In this document: piece after piece, positions 12,432 through 25,225 of the stretch
Numbering within the stretch: position 1 is the first letter of the stretch
How the letters are laid out: every line of letters starts with the position of its first letter
Source of the DNA: Geosiphon pyriformis uo1
Lineage: Eukaryota > Fungi > Glomeromycota
Assembly: GCA_016748015.1 (NCBI GenBank)
Contig: JAAOMT010000525.1
Coordinates: 124,001-188,000 of the forward strand
Length of the DNA: 64,000 nucleotides
Reading direction: 5' to 3'
The notes under the pieces: model-generated
Told to the model about the DNA's origin: nothing
The model's database searches: none
The model's input: the letters and a program-made list of their open reading frames with translations, nothing else
Made by a program: the position numbers and the translations under genes

Positions 12432-12678
12432 CTGTTATTTTTCAATTATAGTGAAGAGTTTATCGAGACTGGATGTATGCGTGAATTCCAAACAAAAATC
12501 ACAGCGTTGTTCAAATCTAAGACATCACAATACTCAGTTAATAATTGATGAAAATAAAATATTTCAGAAAACCGCTAATTTTACTTAAATTTGGGTATTT
12601 TAATGCGTTAAAAGTATATTTGCAGAGATGATGAATAATAATATAAGCACTAAAATACAGGGAAGGGCTTTATTTTAC
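12432..12678 (-). other. Probable 5'-UTR intron of TFIIB
   Basis: Acceptor AACAG directly abuts the ATG. Candidate donor AAG|GTAAAA at ~12678. Confidence 0.5.
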
Positions 12679-14031
12679 CTTTCACGGATTACCAAATAAA
12701 ACCGAGTAATTAGCGAGCCTTGGACACAACGTTTGTTAGAAGAAAGAGTGAATTGCACACGGGTAAAGACTTGATGAGTCTCAACCGAGATAGATCTTAA
12801 ATATAAAAGCACTCAAAAGAGAGGAGGATTGTTATATTGCTTTATATGGTGTGCTGCGACAAAAACTCAACAAAGCGAGCATGTGATGTCATAAAAAGCT
12901 GGCCCGGGTTATTTGATCTTGTTTTTACTGGTTCGATTTCCAGGGGTTTCTGTTTATCGAAGATTGTAATGCTAAAATTCATGAGTACTGGATAAGTAAG
13001 CACAAATAAATTTCGCAAGAATTTGCAAGATGCCATTGGAACCTTATGTTATCAGAAAATCTCTATGTCTTTAGACAAAATATTTTGTTGGCTTGATTCA
13101 TTTAACGTAACATGATGCTGCAGCGAGAATTGGGAGCAACAGTATTTTTGCTTGTGGTTTGCCAAAAGCGGGTACCTTAAATCTAATTAAGCATTTATAT
13201 ATACGTTTTCTGGATCAAAACTAATAACAAAAAAAGAGATAAAATACGTGAAGTGGATAAAATTAAAGTTAAAAAGAAAGTATTATAACATATATTTGAA
13301 TTTAATTAATATGTTTAAATAAGGTTGGAAAATGTTATTGTTCTTTAAAAAATTTACTAAATAATAAAAATAATGTAAATATATATTTTTACATTTATTT
13401 TATATATATTATTTAATTAATTTTTTATTTCTTTTTAATGAGTTATTAATTTAATAATTAATTTAATAATTAATTTTAATTATTTAATTATTTTTTTGTA
13501 AATTAAATTAGCTTATAAAAAATCAGTATTAAATAAATAATTATTGATTTAATTTTAAAATTTTGTTAATTGTGTTAATTTACAAATAATAATTTTTATT
13601 TTAAGTATTTTATTTTATTTTATTTTTAATTAAGCTCTATTTTTTATATATATATTTATTACTTATAATTTTATAAACTTTTTTATTTTGAAAACATAAT
13701 TTTAAATTAAATTAAATTATATAATATTTTTTTTTTAAAAGCGTTAAATTATATGATATAATTAATAATTAAAATTAAAATAATTTTATAAAAATTAAAA
13801 AAAAAACTAGTTGCATTTAATTATATTTTGTGAAAAAGCAGTTTGTACTTTCTTATTCAATACTCGATTCTTTTCTGGAAAAAACACAATTTTAAATTCT
13901 CAAAATTTTGGGTCAGCTGTGCGGCTGATCAATTATTTGTATGTTATCTGATGATCGAGATTTGATCAGTAGAATCTATTGGATGAACATGCGTAGATAA
14001 AATATCCTTTCCGAACCATAAAATCTTTCTA

Positions 14032-15057
14032 ATGATGGCTTCTTCGCTTTTTCGCTCACGGCTTAATCATAATGCTACCAAACATCTCCGCTCTTTAACT
14101 GTTAATCCCCCAATTGTATATCACATAAATCTCATTGTTCCATTTTGTAGAAATAATAGTGTTAGCTTTCGAAGGGGTTATTCTGCAGAGTCTCATGGTT
14201 CTCAGGGTAATCAAGAAGCTCAATACGTCCCAGTATCAAGTATGATCTCAAAAAATCATTTCATATGCTTAAATAAACTAAGTTTGAACAATTAAAAGGT
14301 TTAAATTAAACGGGACTATTTTCTCTAATAAAGAGTGGCATATGCCATTTTGGGCCAAAGGTCTAGTTGTGATTATAATTGGGGTTGGGTGGTCGCAACT
14401 TGACTATTATCTTACAAAGGATGGACAGGTTGGTCGATGATGATTTGGCTTAAATATTGTGGTTTTAATGGACAATTGGTGGTAGACAGAAATATATTGA
14501 ATTTTGGAGAAGTGTTCCCTATGAAATACTAACTTTCCGGATTTAAATACATGAATCATGTCTAGAAACATCCAATAACAAGGGTAAGCCTTTTGTATCT
14601 TATCAAGAGTAACTCTCAAGATTTTTACTACTATGAAGAATGACTGTTACTAAATATCATTATCCTCCACAGCTCCTTGAATTATTCAAAAGATCTCCAG
14701 AGGAAGAGAAAAATATGGTTATTGAACAAATTGATCGAAGCAAGGCCAAAAGGGATATTAGGTACACTTCAAATATTTAATTTCTAGCGTTTATAGACAA
14801 AAAAGCCTAATCATCATTCCTAAAATAGATTATTTTACCAAGAAGAATTTTCCCGTCCAAAACCCATATACCGTTTAACATTTGGAGAGTAAGTGTTGTT
14901 CTTTTCGTCTATTGTAGCTTGAAACCTCGTAGTAACTTTTGCATATCTTCACATATATCTTGTTTTGTTTTTTAGAGGATTCGATTTGGGAAGCCCTTTC
15001 AATCAACGTGCTGGAGATCAAGTAGATTTATCAGATTTAGTCTTTAAAACTGATTAA
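14032..15057 (+). CDS. Mitochondrial NADH:ubiquinone oxidoreductase 17.8 kDa-type accessory subunit (NUO-17.8/NDUFB5-like); exons 14032-14239, 14334-14428, 14566-14583, 14673-14761, 14829-14888, 14976-15057
   Basis: Arg/Ser-rich presequence ending RRGYS and a single TM helix (FWAKGLVVIIIGVGWS). Then KHPITRLLE and a C-terminal YRLTFGEGFDLGSPFNQRAGDQVDLSDL, which resembles the fungal 17.8 kDa subunit GSP(Y/F)NxxAGxQV motif. All junctions are GT-AG and in frame, with a TACTAAC branch site at 14527. Confidence 0.8.
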
Positions 15058-16564
15058 GTTGGGATTCTTTATCTATTTGATTTGGCTGGATTGCCGATCA
15101 CAAATTCATTGCTAGAAACATGGTTTGGCAAAAAATGACTTAAACATTCGAAGCTTTCAAATTCTAAATCTTAATGATCGAAAGAAATTACGTAATAGCC
15201 TGATTGAAAATCACTTGTGCCACCGAAATTAATTGGGAATGTAGAAAATAAAAAAATATATGGAAAATCAGTTAAAAGTTTTTTTAATCAATGATTAAAA
15301 ATAGGAATTAATTTTTTTTACATTTATTATTGTATTTAATAAAATATTCAAACAACATTTTTTAAATTACAAAACCCCATTAAAGATAAAATTAATAAGA
15401 TTTAAAAAATTTGACTAGAAAAAATATGTTTTCAATATTTATTACAAAGCAATTAAAGCTTTTAATTGTTTGAATAATTGTGATTTTGTTAAAAAAATGA
15501 AAAAATAAAAATTTAGTACTTTGTTTGTATTGTGATTCAAAATTCATTTATCACATTGTAATTAAGTAATTAGATTTTTTTAATATAAATTTAAAAATCT
15601 TAATATTAGTATTACGAACAATTAAAATTTTAACCAATAGTTTTATGAATTTTAAAATTAAATTATGATAAAAAAATATTGTATTAAAAATTTTTAATTA
15701 GACAAATATTGTTATTTAGCATATTTTTTAATTTTAATTTTTTTATGTTTTGAAATAAAAATAATGTTAAAAAAAATTTGTTAATTTTAATAATAATTTT
15801 TTTTATCGATTATAAAATTAATTGATTAATTAATTAATTAATTTTTTCATTTTAAACAATAAGTAAAAAAAAAAGATATATATAATAAAAACAGAGAAAT
15901 TTATCATAAAAATTGATTTTTTAATTAAGAGTTTTTTTATAGCCAATTAAATATTTTATTATATTTTATTTAACAATAACTTCATAATCACTTTTCAAAA
16001 AAAAATCGTTACAATTACTTTTGCAAAAATTTTAATTAAAAAAATTTAACAAATCTTGTTTTCTATTTAATAATTGAATATTGTGCTGGAAAATTTAAAA
16101 AATTCATTGTGAAATATTTTATTTATACATTTCTACAATTTTAATATCAAATTTATTCTTTTTTTATAACTTGGTTAATATTCCTGATTATATTGGCATA
16201 TTATGAATAATATTTATACTGCCATAGTCGCTATCGTGACATAAAAGTTTTATTATCGTATTAAAAAATTGTGGGTTTATACGAGATAAAATTTAATTTT
16301 TTTAACTTTTGATAATAGATAGCCGAATAAACTAAATTTAAAGTTAAAAATTTTATTTTAAAAATAAAAATAATTGAATATAGAAATTTAAATTTTATAT
16401 TAAATATAAATAATAACTTAAATATCTTTAAGGATAAATTTAATTTTTTTCTAGATTCTCTCTTGGAATTTTATTTAACGTTCCAATTGACTCATTACGT
16501 TGTAAATTGAATCAAATATTTTCATAAATCATATCTGCTTTTTGCAAGAATCAAATTAAATAGT

Positions 16565-16596
<32 letters not shown>

Positions 16597-16848
16597 GATA
16601 TTATTATCATTGAGCAAATTTCAAAAGATTAAAAATAAAAGACATCAAGTGTCCAATGATTGCTACATTTCTATATCTCCTTAAATGCCAACAATACCCC
16701 AAATAAATTTTATCAATAGAGTTATATCCTATCGTATGTAAGAAATCCTAATATTAAATCCGAAAGAAGGCTCTCAAAGAATAAATATAGTCAATCGAGT
16801 CATTACAGAATCCAGCGTTTAAAATCCTCAATTTCTAACCATCAGCAT

Positions 16849-17199
16849 TTACATTATGGAAACACATTTTGGTTCTCCATCCTTCTCAACGATACAAGTT
16901 AGATTTGGTTGACAGTCGACTAAATTACATGGATTTTCATTGGTATGTGAATTCTTCTTTGCTAAGAACGTAAGAAAATTGAAATGAAATCATTAATTTA
17001 TAGATTATGTTTAAACTTTTGTTAGTCGGAAAATATTTTTTAGTTTTTAAATACTTGTTTTATGCATTTTTGACCCTTTATCCTTATTTTTTTCAAAGAT
17101 TCTACGTCTCTCAACGAATATATTTCCCCCATTGACTGAATCAAGAACGAATGTAATAAAAAAAAGTATCAAAATAGCTGCTGTTACGTGTTTCACCAT
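16849..17199 (-). CDS. Small secreted cysteine peptide precursor (85 aa) with follistatin-N (FOLN)-like module; exons 17199-17055 and 16961-16849
   Basis: Signal peptide MVKHVTAAILILFFITFVLDSVNG and a basic linker with RRR. A phase-1 GT-AG intron leads to NPCNLVDCQPNLTCIVEKDGEPKCVSIM*. Confidence 0.78.
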
Positions 17200-17623
17200 C
17201 TTTGAAAAGTGATACTTGGTCAAATTTTTCAGAGGGAAGAAGAGTGAAGAGAATAAGTGCAAGGTGTTGATCAAACACTATCTCGCAGAAAAATTGAATG
17301 TTCTTGGTATCTGTAGAAAAATTGAATGTTCTTGAAATCTGCAAAAAACATGTCCGAAATTGACTAGGCTTTAGCTTTTATGGTATTTAATAAGGAATGT
17401 TTGAAATTAATTCTATTAATAATGATAAGATGATATTTATAGTAACTGGAATATTTTTGGGATTCTAATTTCTTTTAGATAATTATGATCAGATTATGGA
17501 TGATAATAAAAATTTCAAACACTTTTAAAAAATCAAAGATATAATAAAGATTCCTCACTTTTTTTAACCAATAAACTTAATATTTGTTTATAATATTGTT
17601 GTGTAACTGACTTCTACTCCTAA

Positions 17624-18035
17624 CAGTTAAACGAAATTGACAAAGGGAAGATTCTGTCATACATTGAAATCATAAATCCCGTTAAAATCACAAAAATGCT
17701 TGGACGTGACCCACAACAATAAGATACTTTATTGAAAAGTACCAAAGAATAAGGAAAAGTGAAAACTTACCCTCTGGAGGACCAAAAATTCTTAGTAACC
17801 ACGAAAAAGATTTACTAGGGTGTAAAGCCAAGAAAAAATGACATGCACAATTCCAAGAAATTAACAACGATTTAGGTCTAAAACGGATTTCACTCAGGTA
17901 TCACAACAAAAAAAACCTTATATCTCACAAAAACATGCTTATAATCGTGTTAGGTAACGTGATGAAAATAAAATAAAACCACTTATGATTGGACAAAAGT
18001 TATCTTCTTTGATGAGATGAGTGTGGAAATCACAA
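17624..18035 (+). mobile_element. Tc1/mariner transposase relic (N-terminal half, frameshifted)
   Basis: HTH QLNEIDKGKILSYIE..KITKMLGRDP, degenerate GRP motif, KKPYISQKH, and DWTKVIFFDEMSVEI (first catalytic D motif). Confidence 0.8.
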
Positions 18036-20192
18036 TAACCCCAAGTTTCGCGGCACACTGAAGAAGAATTTAAAACGCTAATTGGCTAGTAGTTTCAAAA
18101 TTGTTTCCCTAAATTTTAGGAGATAATTATCTAACAATCAGTTTTAAAATCTTGTCTACAGAAATAATTACCAAATTTTTATTATTAATGTTTATATAAA
18201 TAGAAAACGCCATATCTATCAATGAAAATTCCCAAATCAGCAAACGCCATGGTAAAAGTGAATATTACTTGTAATTTCTCGTTAAAAAACTTTCATTTAA
18301 AAAGTACTAAAATATTCCGTTTTTTTAAAATTTATTCAATTTGGTTGCGATTAACAATAATTCATTATTTTTTATAAAAATTTTGAATTCTTAATATAAT
18401 AATAAATTTTATAAATTATTTTTACAATATTATTGAGATAAATCTTTATTTTTGATTAAAAATATCTTTGAAATAAAACCGAACTTATGATTGTAAGTAA
18501 GATTCAAGCGTTCCTAGAATTTTTTCGTAGAAATTGGGTATTTCCTTTAAATTCTTTTAGTCAAATACTTCTATTTAAATAGAGTTCATATAATTTATTT
18601 TTCATTTAAAATGCCATAATTTTTTTGGGTAAAATTTTATTATAAAAATGTATTATCTAAAATCTTTGAAAATATTATTTTCAATTATCATTTTGACATT
18701 TAAATAAAATTTATTTTTTTCATTATTTTATATTTATCAATTTTTGTATATAAAATACAATTTCTATAATTATAAATTATTTTTTTATAATTATTTTTTC
18801 TTCTATAACAAATACAAATTTAATTTATAATTGATATTATAATTAAGAATTATTAAATTAAAAAACAAACAAAATTGAGTATAAATAAAAATAAAATAAT
18901 AATAATAATAATAATAATAACCCAATGTTGAATTTTAGTAAAAAAAAAAAGGTTTCAAGTCAGTTTTAAATTAATGTTTCAAACATAATATAATTTAAGT
19001 CATTAGCTTTTATGTTTTTTATGTTTTTTTAGAGTTTTTATTTTTTTCATAAAAAAATTTGAAAATTAGCAAAATAAATCAAAAATTAATACTTTTTATA
19101 AAACAAAAAAATTAAATTCTATTTAATCACAAATTAATTAAATACTGATCGAAAAAAAAAATACAATTCAAAAAATGTGAATATTAATTCAGAATATACT
19201 ATAGTCAATAAACAAAAGTGTGAATTCTGAGAATTATATAAAAAATGGTTCTAACCATCCTTTTATATTTATCAAAATTGAAGTCTATAAGACAGAAGAA
19301 TTCAAAAAATTTGAATTAAAAATAAAACACTTTTCTTGATTTAGTCTCTTTGTCTATGCCATTAATGTGATAAGTTATATTATAAATTTAGAAAACCTTA
19401 ATTAAGAAGTTCATTCATACTCATTTTGGACGAGTTACATTTTTTCACAACTTTGATTCTTCCATCTTCAAAGTTAATAATTGAAGAGAAACTTCAGAAT
19501 TGATAACTTTTGTATAAATAATTATTTTTTGAATAATATGGCTAATCGTCTACCATGCTTTGAAACAGATTTAAAAAGTCCCCTTTTTTGCGTTATTCTA
19601 ACCACATTCATAATGACAAACCAAACGCGTAGTCCTTCTTTTAGAAAATTCGTATATTAAATTTTATAGTTTTCAATTTAAATTTTTTCATAAATTAAGT
19701 GTTATAAAACAGCGCTTTTTAAATTTTTGAGAAAATTACAACAAGAAATATATTTATGTCAGTTTTTAAGTTATACAACTTATTAATGGAATGATATTAC
19801 TGTATTCTTTGGAAATCATTTTTCAGTTTAATTGAAATTTAAAATGAGATAATTTCAAAGTGTAGTTTTACTTGAATTCAAATTTAGAATTAACTTAATT
19901 GTTAAGATGCAAAAGCAATTCCAAAATTTCTATTATCTTATGTAAATAATAGAAATATAAAAATTTTATTGATTTTAATAGAAATTGACTACAATTATAA
20001 TTATTATTTTTAGCACAAATAAAATTATTTAATTTAAGAATTTGAATTTATCTCTAAATTCATTTATTTAAGACATTATAAGCATGAAATTCTGAACAAA
20101 TTTTTTAACTACATGCCAAAAATGAACGAGAATCAGAAGAAAATTTGTCCCCCAGAATTCCAGATATTCTACATCAAGGATATTCTTTGAAA

Positions 20193-20331
20193 TATTTAAT
20201 GTATTAAAAAACAATAATATTATTTTTATTTTTTGAAATCAATAATAATCTAGAATTTATATTTAATGTATTAAAAAACAATAATAGTATTTTTATTTTT
20301 TGAAATCAATAATAATCTAAAATTTATATTT
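20193..20331. repeat. Tandem duplication, 67-bp unit x2
   Basis: TATTTAATGTATTAAAAAACAATAATA...AATTTA repeated with about two mismatches. Confidence 0.9.
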
Positions 20332-20396
20332 ACTCGCATAAAATATTGTCTCGATCTCCTTGTGAATGAAAGCAGCAGTAATTTTAGTAGCCAATA

Positions 20397-20743
20397 GTAA
20401 TTTTATACTATTTGATTGGATTAATTTATCTAATCTTTGGGATAAATATTCGAAATTCTAAGTTTATACTATATTCCCTTTGGATTTAATTGGTAAGTTG
20501 CTTAAGATGATATGAGATATTTATTATAGGTATATGTTCAATGATTACTTATCCTAAATTTGAATCTCCTTTTTTTTTTTAATCAACTATGTACTTTTAA
20601 TTAACGGTCATACTCTAAGTTCTAATATTTTACTCAATAAGGCTTTTATATTTCATGCTCTTAAGCGAAACCACCACTTTTAGTAGTAAAAGACTTTGAC
20701 TTGAAATTATTACTAGTGTTATGCTATGATCATTTAATTAACC
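20397..20743 (+). repeat. Long inverted repeat, left arm
   Basis: Reverse complement of 21872-22217, >90% identical by eye. Confidence 0.95.
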
Positions 20744-20828
20744 AGGTGATCCTTTGAATTTTACCCAAAATTCTTATAAATTTATAATTAAAAATATGAT
20801 AGGCCTCGCTAGTGCTAGATATCTTTAT

Positions 20829-21453
20829 CTAAGAAAAAATTTCTTCAAGCAATATGGACAAAGGTGTGATAGTCACAGTATCATTATTTCCATTGCTATT
20901 ACCATTATTCGTCCCAAAATTAATATTTTCATTATTATTAACATTATTCTTCCCCAACGTTTTTGTTTCCATTGTTGTTACCATTCTTAGTCACAACATT
21001 ATTTTTTCCATTTTTATTATTATTCTTATTAATAACAATATTATTAACATTATTAGCCCCCATATTATTGTTTCTATTACAGTTTCCGTTATTTTCGTCT
21101 TCAATCTTACAAATGGCTGGTATTCATATTTATTATTTTGCTATGGCCATAATCTCCAATTGAAATATCCGGTATTGTTTCGGTTGGAGAATCTTAAATT
21201 ATCATTGCTATTATTATTGAAATTTCTAATATTTTTATTACCGTTAAAGTTTCCTGATTGTTGTTTCTATTATAATTTCCATTAAAGTTTCAAGGATTGT
21301 TGTTACCATTTGCCATTTCCGTCAAAGCTTACAACATTAATATAGCCATTTTCGTTTCCGTTGAAGCTTTGCTCTTTTTTCAGCAATTGAATTTGCAATG
21401 GCTAACGATGAGGCTAAGAAGATAGTAAAGGCGGATGCTTGCTTGAAATTTAT
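20829..21453 (-). pseudogene. Secreted Gly/Asn-repeat Kex2-type precursor, copy A (start ATG>ATA inferred; frameshifts and stops)
   Basis: Reads (I)NFKQASAFTIFLASSLAIANSIAEKR, then fragments FNGNENG, GNFNGNYN, FNGNKNIRNFN, KYEYQPF, NGNNNGNKNVG, FGTNNGNSNGNN. TATAAAAGCAAA lies ~90 bp upstream. Confidence 0.8.
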
Positions 21454-21871
21454 ATTTAGATATCTAATGTTGTTGATGGTTTTTTAAGAAATTTGAAGAG
21501 TTATTATACTTTTGTGAGATAAGAAAAAATTTTTGCTTTTATAGTTATTAAACTTAATAACACTTTTTATATTAACTCTTGATTTCCTTTCTTTCAATTA
21601 AGAGTTACTATGTAAAAATTTTCAATAGTGTTTTTAAAGTGCAATATGTTCTTATTGACCAATAGATATTTGACTATTATCATATTGAATCAGCTAAAAA
21701 TCTTAAAGATTATAAAAAATTAGTTTCCAAGCAACTCAACCACCTTATCACATTAAAGAATTTTTAGCTTTTGATTTCTTACTTTTAATTTAACTAAATC
21801 AGCATTTATTCAAGAGATTTTCCAATTAGAAGATTAAAAGAATCCCCTGGATAAGCGGACCCTGGGAGATC

Positions 21872-22217
21872 GGTTAATTAAATGATCATAGCATAACACT
21901 AGCAATAATTTCAAGTCAAAGTCTTTTACTACTAAAAGTGGTGGTTTCGCTTAAGAGCATGAAATATAAAAGCCTTATTGAGTAAAATATTAGGATTAGA
22001 GTATGACCGTTAATTAAAAGTACATAGTTGATTAAAAAAAAAAAGGAGATTCAAATTTAGGATAAGTAATCACTGAACATATACCTATCATAAATATCTC
22101 ATATCATCTTAAGCAACTTACCAAATAAATCCAAAGGGAATATGGTAAAGACTTAGAATTTCGAATATTTATCCCAAAAATTAGATAAATTAATCCAATC
22201 AAATAGTATAAAATTAC
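21872..22217 (-). repeat. Long inverted repeat, right arm
   Basis: Reverse complement of 20397-20743. Confidence 0.95.
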
Positions 22218-23037
22218 AATTAAATAACGAATCGCTTGCTATAATTCACAAGTAGATTGATGAAAAGTTCCAAGTCAAATGGACAATAGGAAGAGTTAAA
22301 ATTTTATGTGGATTCTAGATTATGATATTGTTAAATCACACAAGCTTCAATTTCTATTATTGTCGACCAAAATCCTTGAAATTTTTTTTACACAGCACGT
22401 TATTGTTGAAAATACAATTGATTCTCAATATTTAAAAAGAATATATTTGAATTCAATCCTTTTCCAAAAAAAAAAAATTTGAACAAAATAAGCCAATAAA
22501 CTTCAAAGAATATATGTAATTATATTTTTGTAAATAATGGAATTTTGATGTTTAAATCCTCTAACCACAAAAATTTTTATTCTCACATATTTTAGCTTTC
22601 ATAAATTTCCTCAATAGGTTTGGAAAATAAATTATGGTATCCTTGTAATTGACTTTTTCGCTTCCCTGAAAAAGAACAGAATTCCCCATGCAATATTATT
22701 TTAGTTTCCATAGCGAGAAAGGTAAAATTCATTAGATAGATTAAATTTATTGAATTAAATATCCTACTGGGGGGGGGGGGGTGCTTTCCTAAATTTGCAA
22801 ATATGATCAAAGAGAAAAAAATTCAGCCCTGATATTTCATTTAAAATCTCTTCTCATATATCATATTTTTATCATCTTTTTCAGGGTAAAAAAAATTTCC
22901 CCTCCTGTCTTGTCGTCTCCTTATCTAAATCAACTTCCTCTTTCAATCGATTAAGCTATAAAAGAACATTGAATCTAAAATCTGTGTCATCGTGCATTTG
23001 AACTTTCGAAATTGTTCAAAATGAGCCTTTTCAATTT

Positions 23038-23568
23038 TTGTCAAATCTTAAATCTGAATATAAAATTTTTACTTTTACCACCCTTTTGTTTTTTATTGAA
23101 ATTTTCTTATCTTTTCTTTTAAAATCAGCTGCAATCTCAAGTTTAGAGAGGATCTCACCTTCTAATAGTATATATTCATTCCCCATTAATATTGATCAAG
23201 GAAACCCGGAAAATAACCAGATGTTTTCTGAGGATCTATATGATCTCGATGATCGATCAAGTTCAAATAAACTTCAGTTTCAACATGAATATTTGGACTT
23301 TAAACCAAAAGCACAACAACCCAATAAATAAAATATTAACAATGCTGAATTCATCAGCGAAATTTTGACACAAAGAGATGGAGCTTCTGAGAGAGGCCAA
23401 GGCAGAAGATCTAGACGATATAGTTAGAGATATTTTCGCAGATGTCGTAGACGTAGGCCTGTGAGGATACGGATTCACGAATGTAGAAGAAGATGTCGTT
23501 ATAGGAGTTTTGATAGCCGAAGAGGAAGTCGTAGTCGAGAAGGAGGAGATGAGAATTTAGAGAAATAA
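23038..23568 (+). pseudogene. Secreted prepro-peptide pseudogene with Arg-rich, CxxxC-containing C-terminus
   Basis: TATAAAA at ~22957 and an out-of-frame ATG at 23021. Hydrophobic segment FTFTTLLFFIEIFLSFLL, an acidic pro-region, stops at 23329 and 23425, then RYFRRCRRRRPVRIRIHECRRRCRY. Confidence 0.6.
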
Positions 23569-25194
23569 GTATTAAATTGCTAATCAAGATGATATTATTA
23601 AATCTTTACTAATAAATTTTAAGAATTTTTATTGTGACCAACTTATTTTATCGTAAAATATAATTTTTTCAAAAATCAAAGTTAAACAAAATTAAAACGA
23701 TTCCTAAAATATACGAGACAAAATATTTCTTATAAACCTTCTAGATAAAAAATTTTTCATATATATTAAAAGCGAGAAAATTCACTTTATAGGAAAAAAT
23801 AATCAAAAAGAGCTTTTTAATTAATATTATTAATTTTAAAAATTCTAGTTCAAAAATAAATACTTACTTTAAAGATTTCACATTTATTAAAAAGGGCGTT
23901 TTTTAATTTTGTTAACCAGTTTTTTAATTTTATTTCTAATATCTCTCATTCAAAACAACTTGAAAATAAGTTTTTTTAATAAAGAAATTTGAAAAGTTCG
24001 TAAATTGAAGTAAAAAAAAAAATTGTATTTTTCTTTTGAAGACAAAAAACTTTTAAAATTTTAATTCTGTTCCAAAGATCAATTTTTCTCTATTGAATAG
24101 TTGAAGAAGACTAAATTCAATAGATCAAGTTCTTTATTCAAGATTTTTTTGAGATTTTGCCTATTAAACGAACCGGATAGGAACAATCTCTAAAAATCAG
24201 TAGTTTTCTTTAGGCTGAAATTACACGCTTTTTTTTTTTTTAAAAAAAAAAAATAAACCAATCCCAAATTTTCGGGATATCCTCAATGACGTAAAATTGT
24301 TTGGAGTCAAAAAACCATCCACAAACGTGTAATGATAAGAGTTGTAAAATGAGTTTATATCTTTGATAAACTTAAAGAAGTCCAGACTTTCTTTTGTCAT
24401 GTTCAACAAATCCCAACAGTGAAAAAAGTAATTTTTTTTTAGAATAATAAACGCCCAAAAGATTAATTAATAAAAAAAATTGTTTAGAAACATCTATGTA
24501 TCTATGATGAAATCATATTTATTAACCCACTTACCCTATCGAAACAGCGGTAAAAAGTTACAAAAGTGAAATTCAATGACAGCTAAATTGGGAAAAAATA
24601 TTTATTCCCAATATATCATTTAGATTATAATTTTTCCAAAAATAGAAATGATTACATAAAGGTAAATTGAGATATTTTGACGAATAGAGTATTATGGCAA
24701 AGGTAGTAAAATAAATTCGCGTGCGAGAATAAAGTATACCATTTTATCAGTTGAACAAATTAACATTTTCTATACAATTATCACAACACAAAATCCATTA
24801 CAAATTATCAATACCTCTCTATTAGTTAAAATAATCCTTTTTTACATTAAATCTTTTGTACAGTAATTTAATATCTAAACGCATTTTTAGGCTGCAAATA
24901 AATTATGTCGTAATGATTTTTATTTTTAATGATCAGCTCAACCGTATTTGGAGAAAGCTTATCCGGAACATTTGATTTAAATCGATTGTTGATCAAAATT
25001 TAATGAATAGACTTAATTTATTGTTTTTAAGATGTTTGTTATGCAATAATTTTTTTTTTGTTATTACTATTTTTATTCATGTATGATTAAGTAAGAGATA
25101 AATATTCCTGGAAAAAGTTACTTTATGCTGATTAGATTTATGAATAATTTATTTTGATAAATTCAGATCAAATTTTAAAGTAAAAAGTATAATC

Positions 25195-25225
<31 letters not shown>

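Noticed and set aside
11500-12588. Plus-strand ORFs overlapping TFIIB
   Set aside because: Antisense shadows of a conserved gene with no independent motifs.
20754-21285. Hydrophobic plus-strand ORFs resembling membrane proteins (also 29741-30104 minus and 60013-60291 plus)
   Set aside because: They are antisense shadows of the Asn/Gly codon repeats on the opposite strand.
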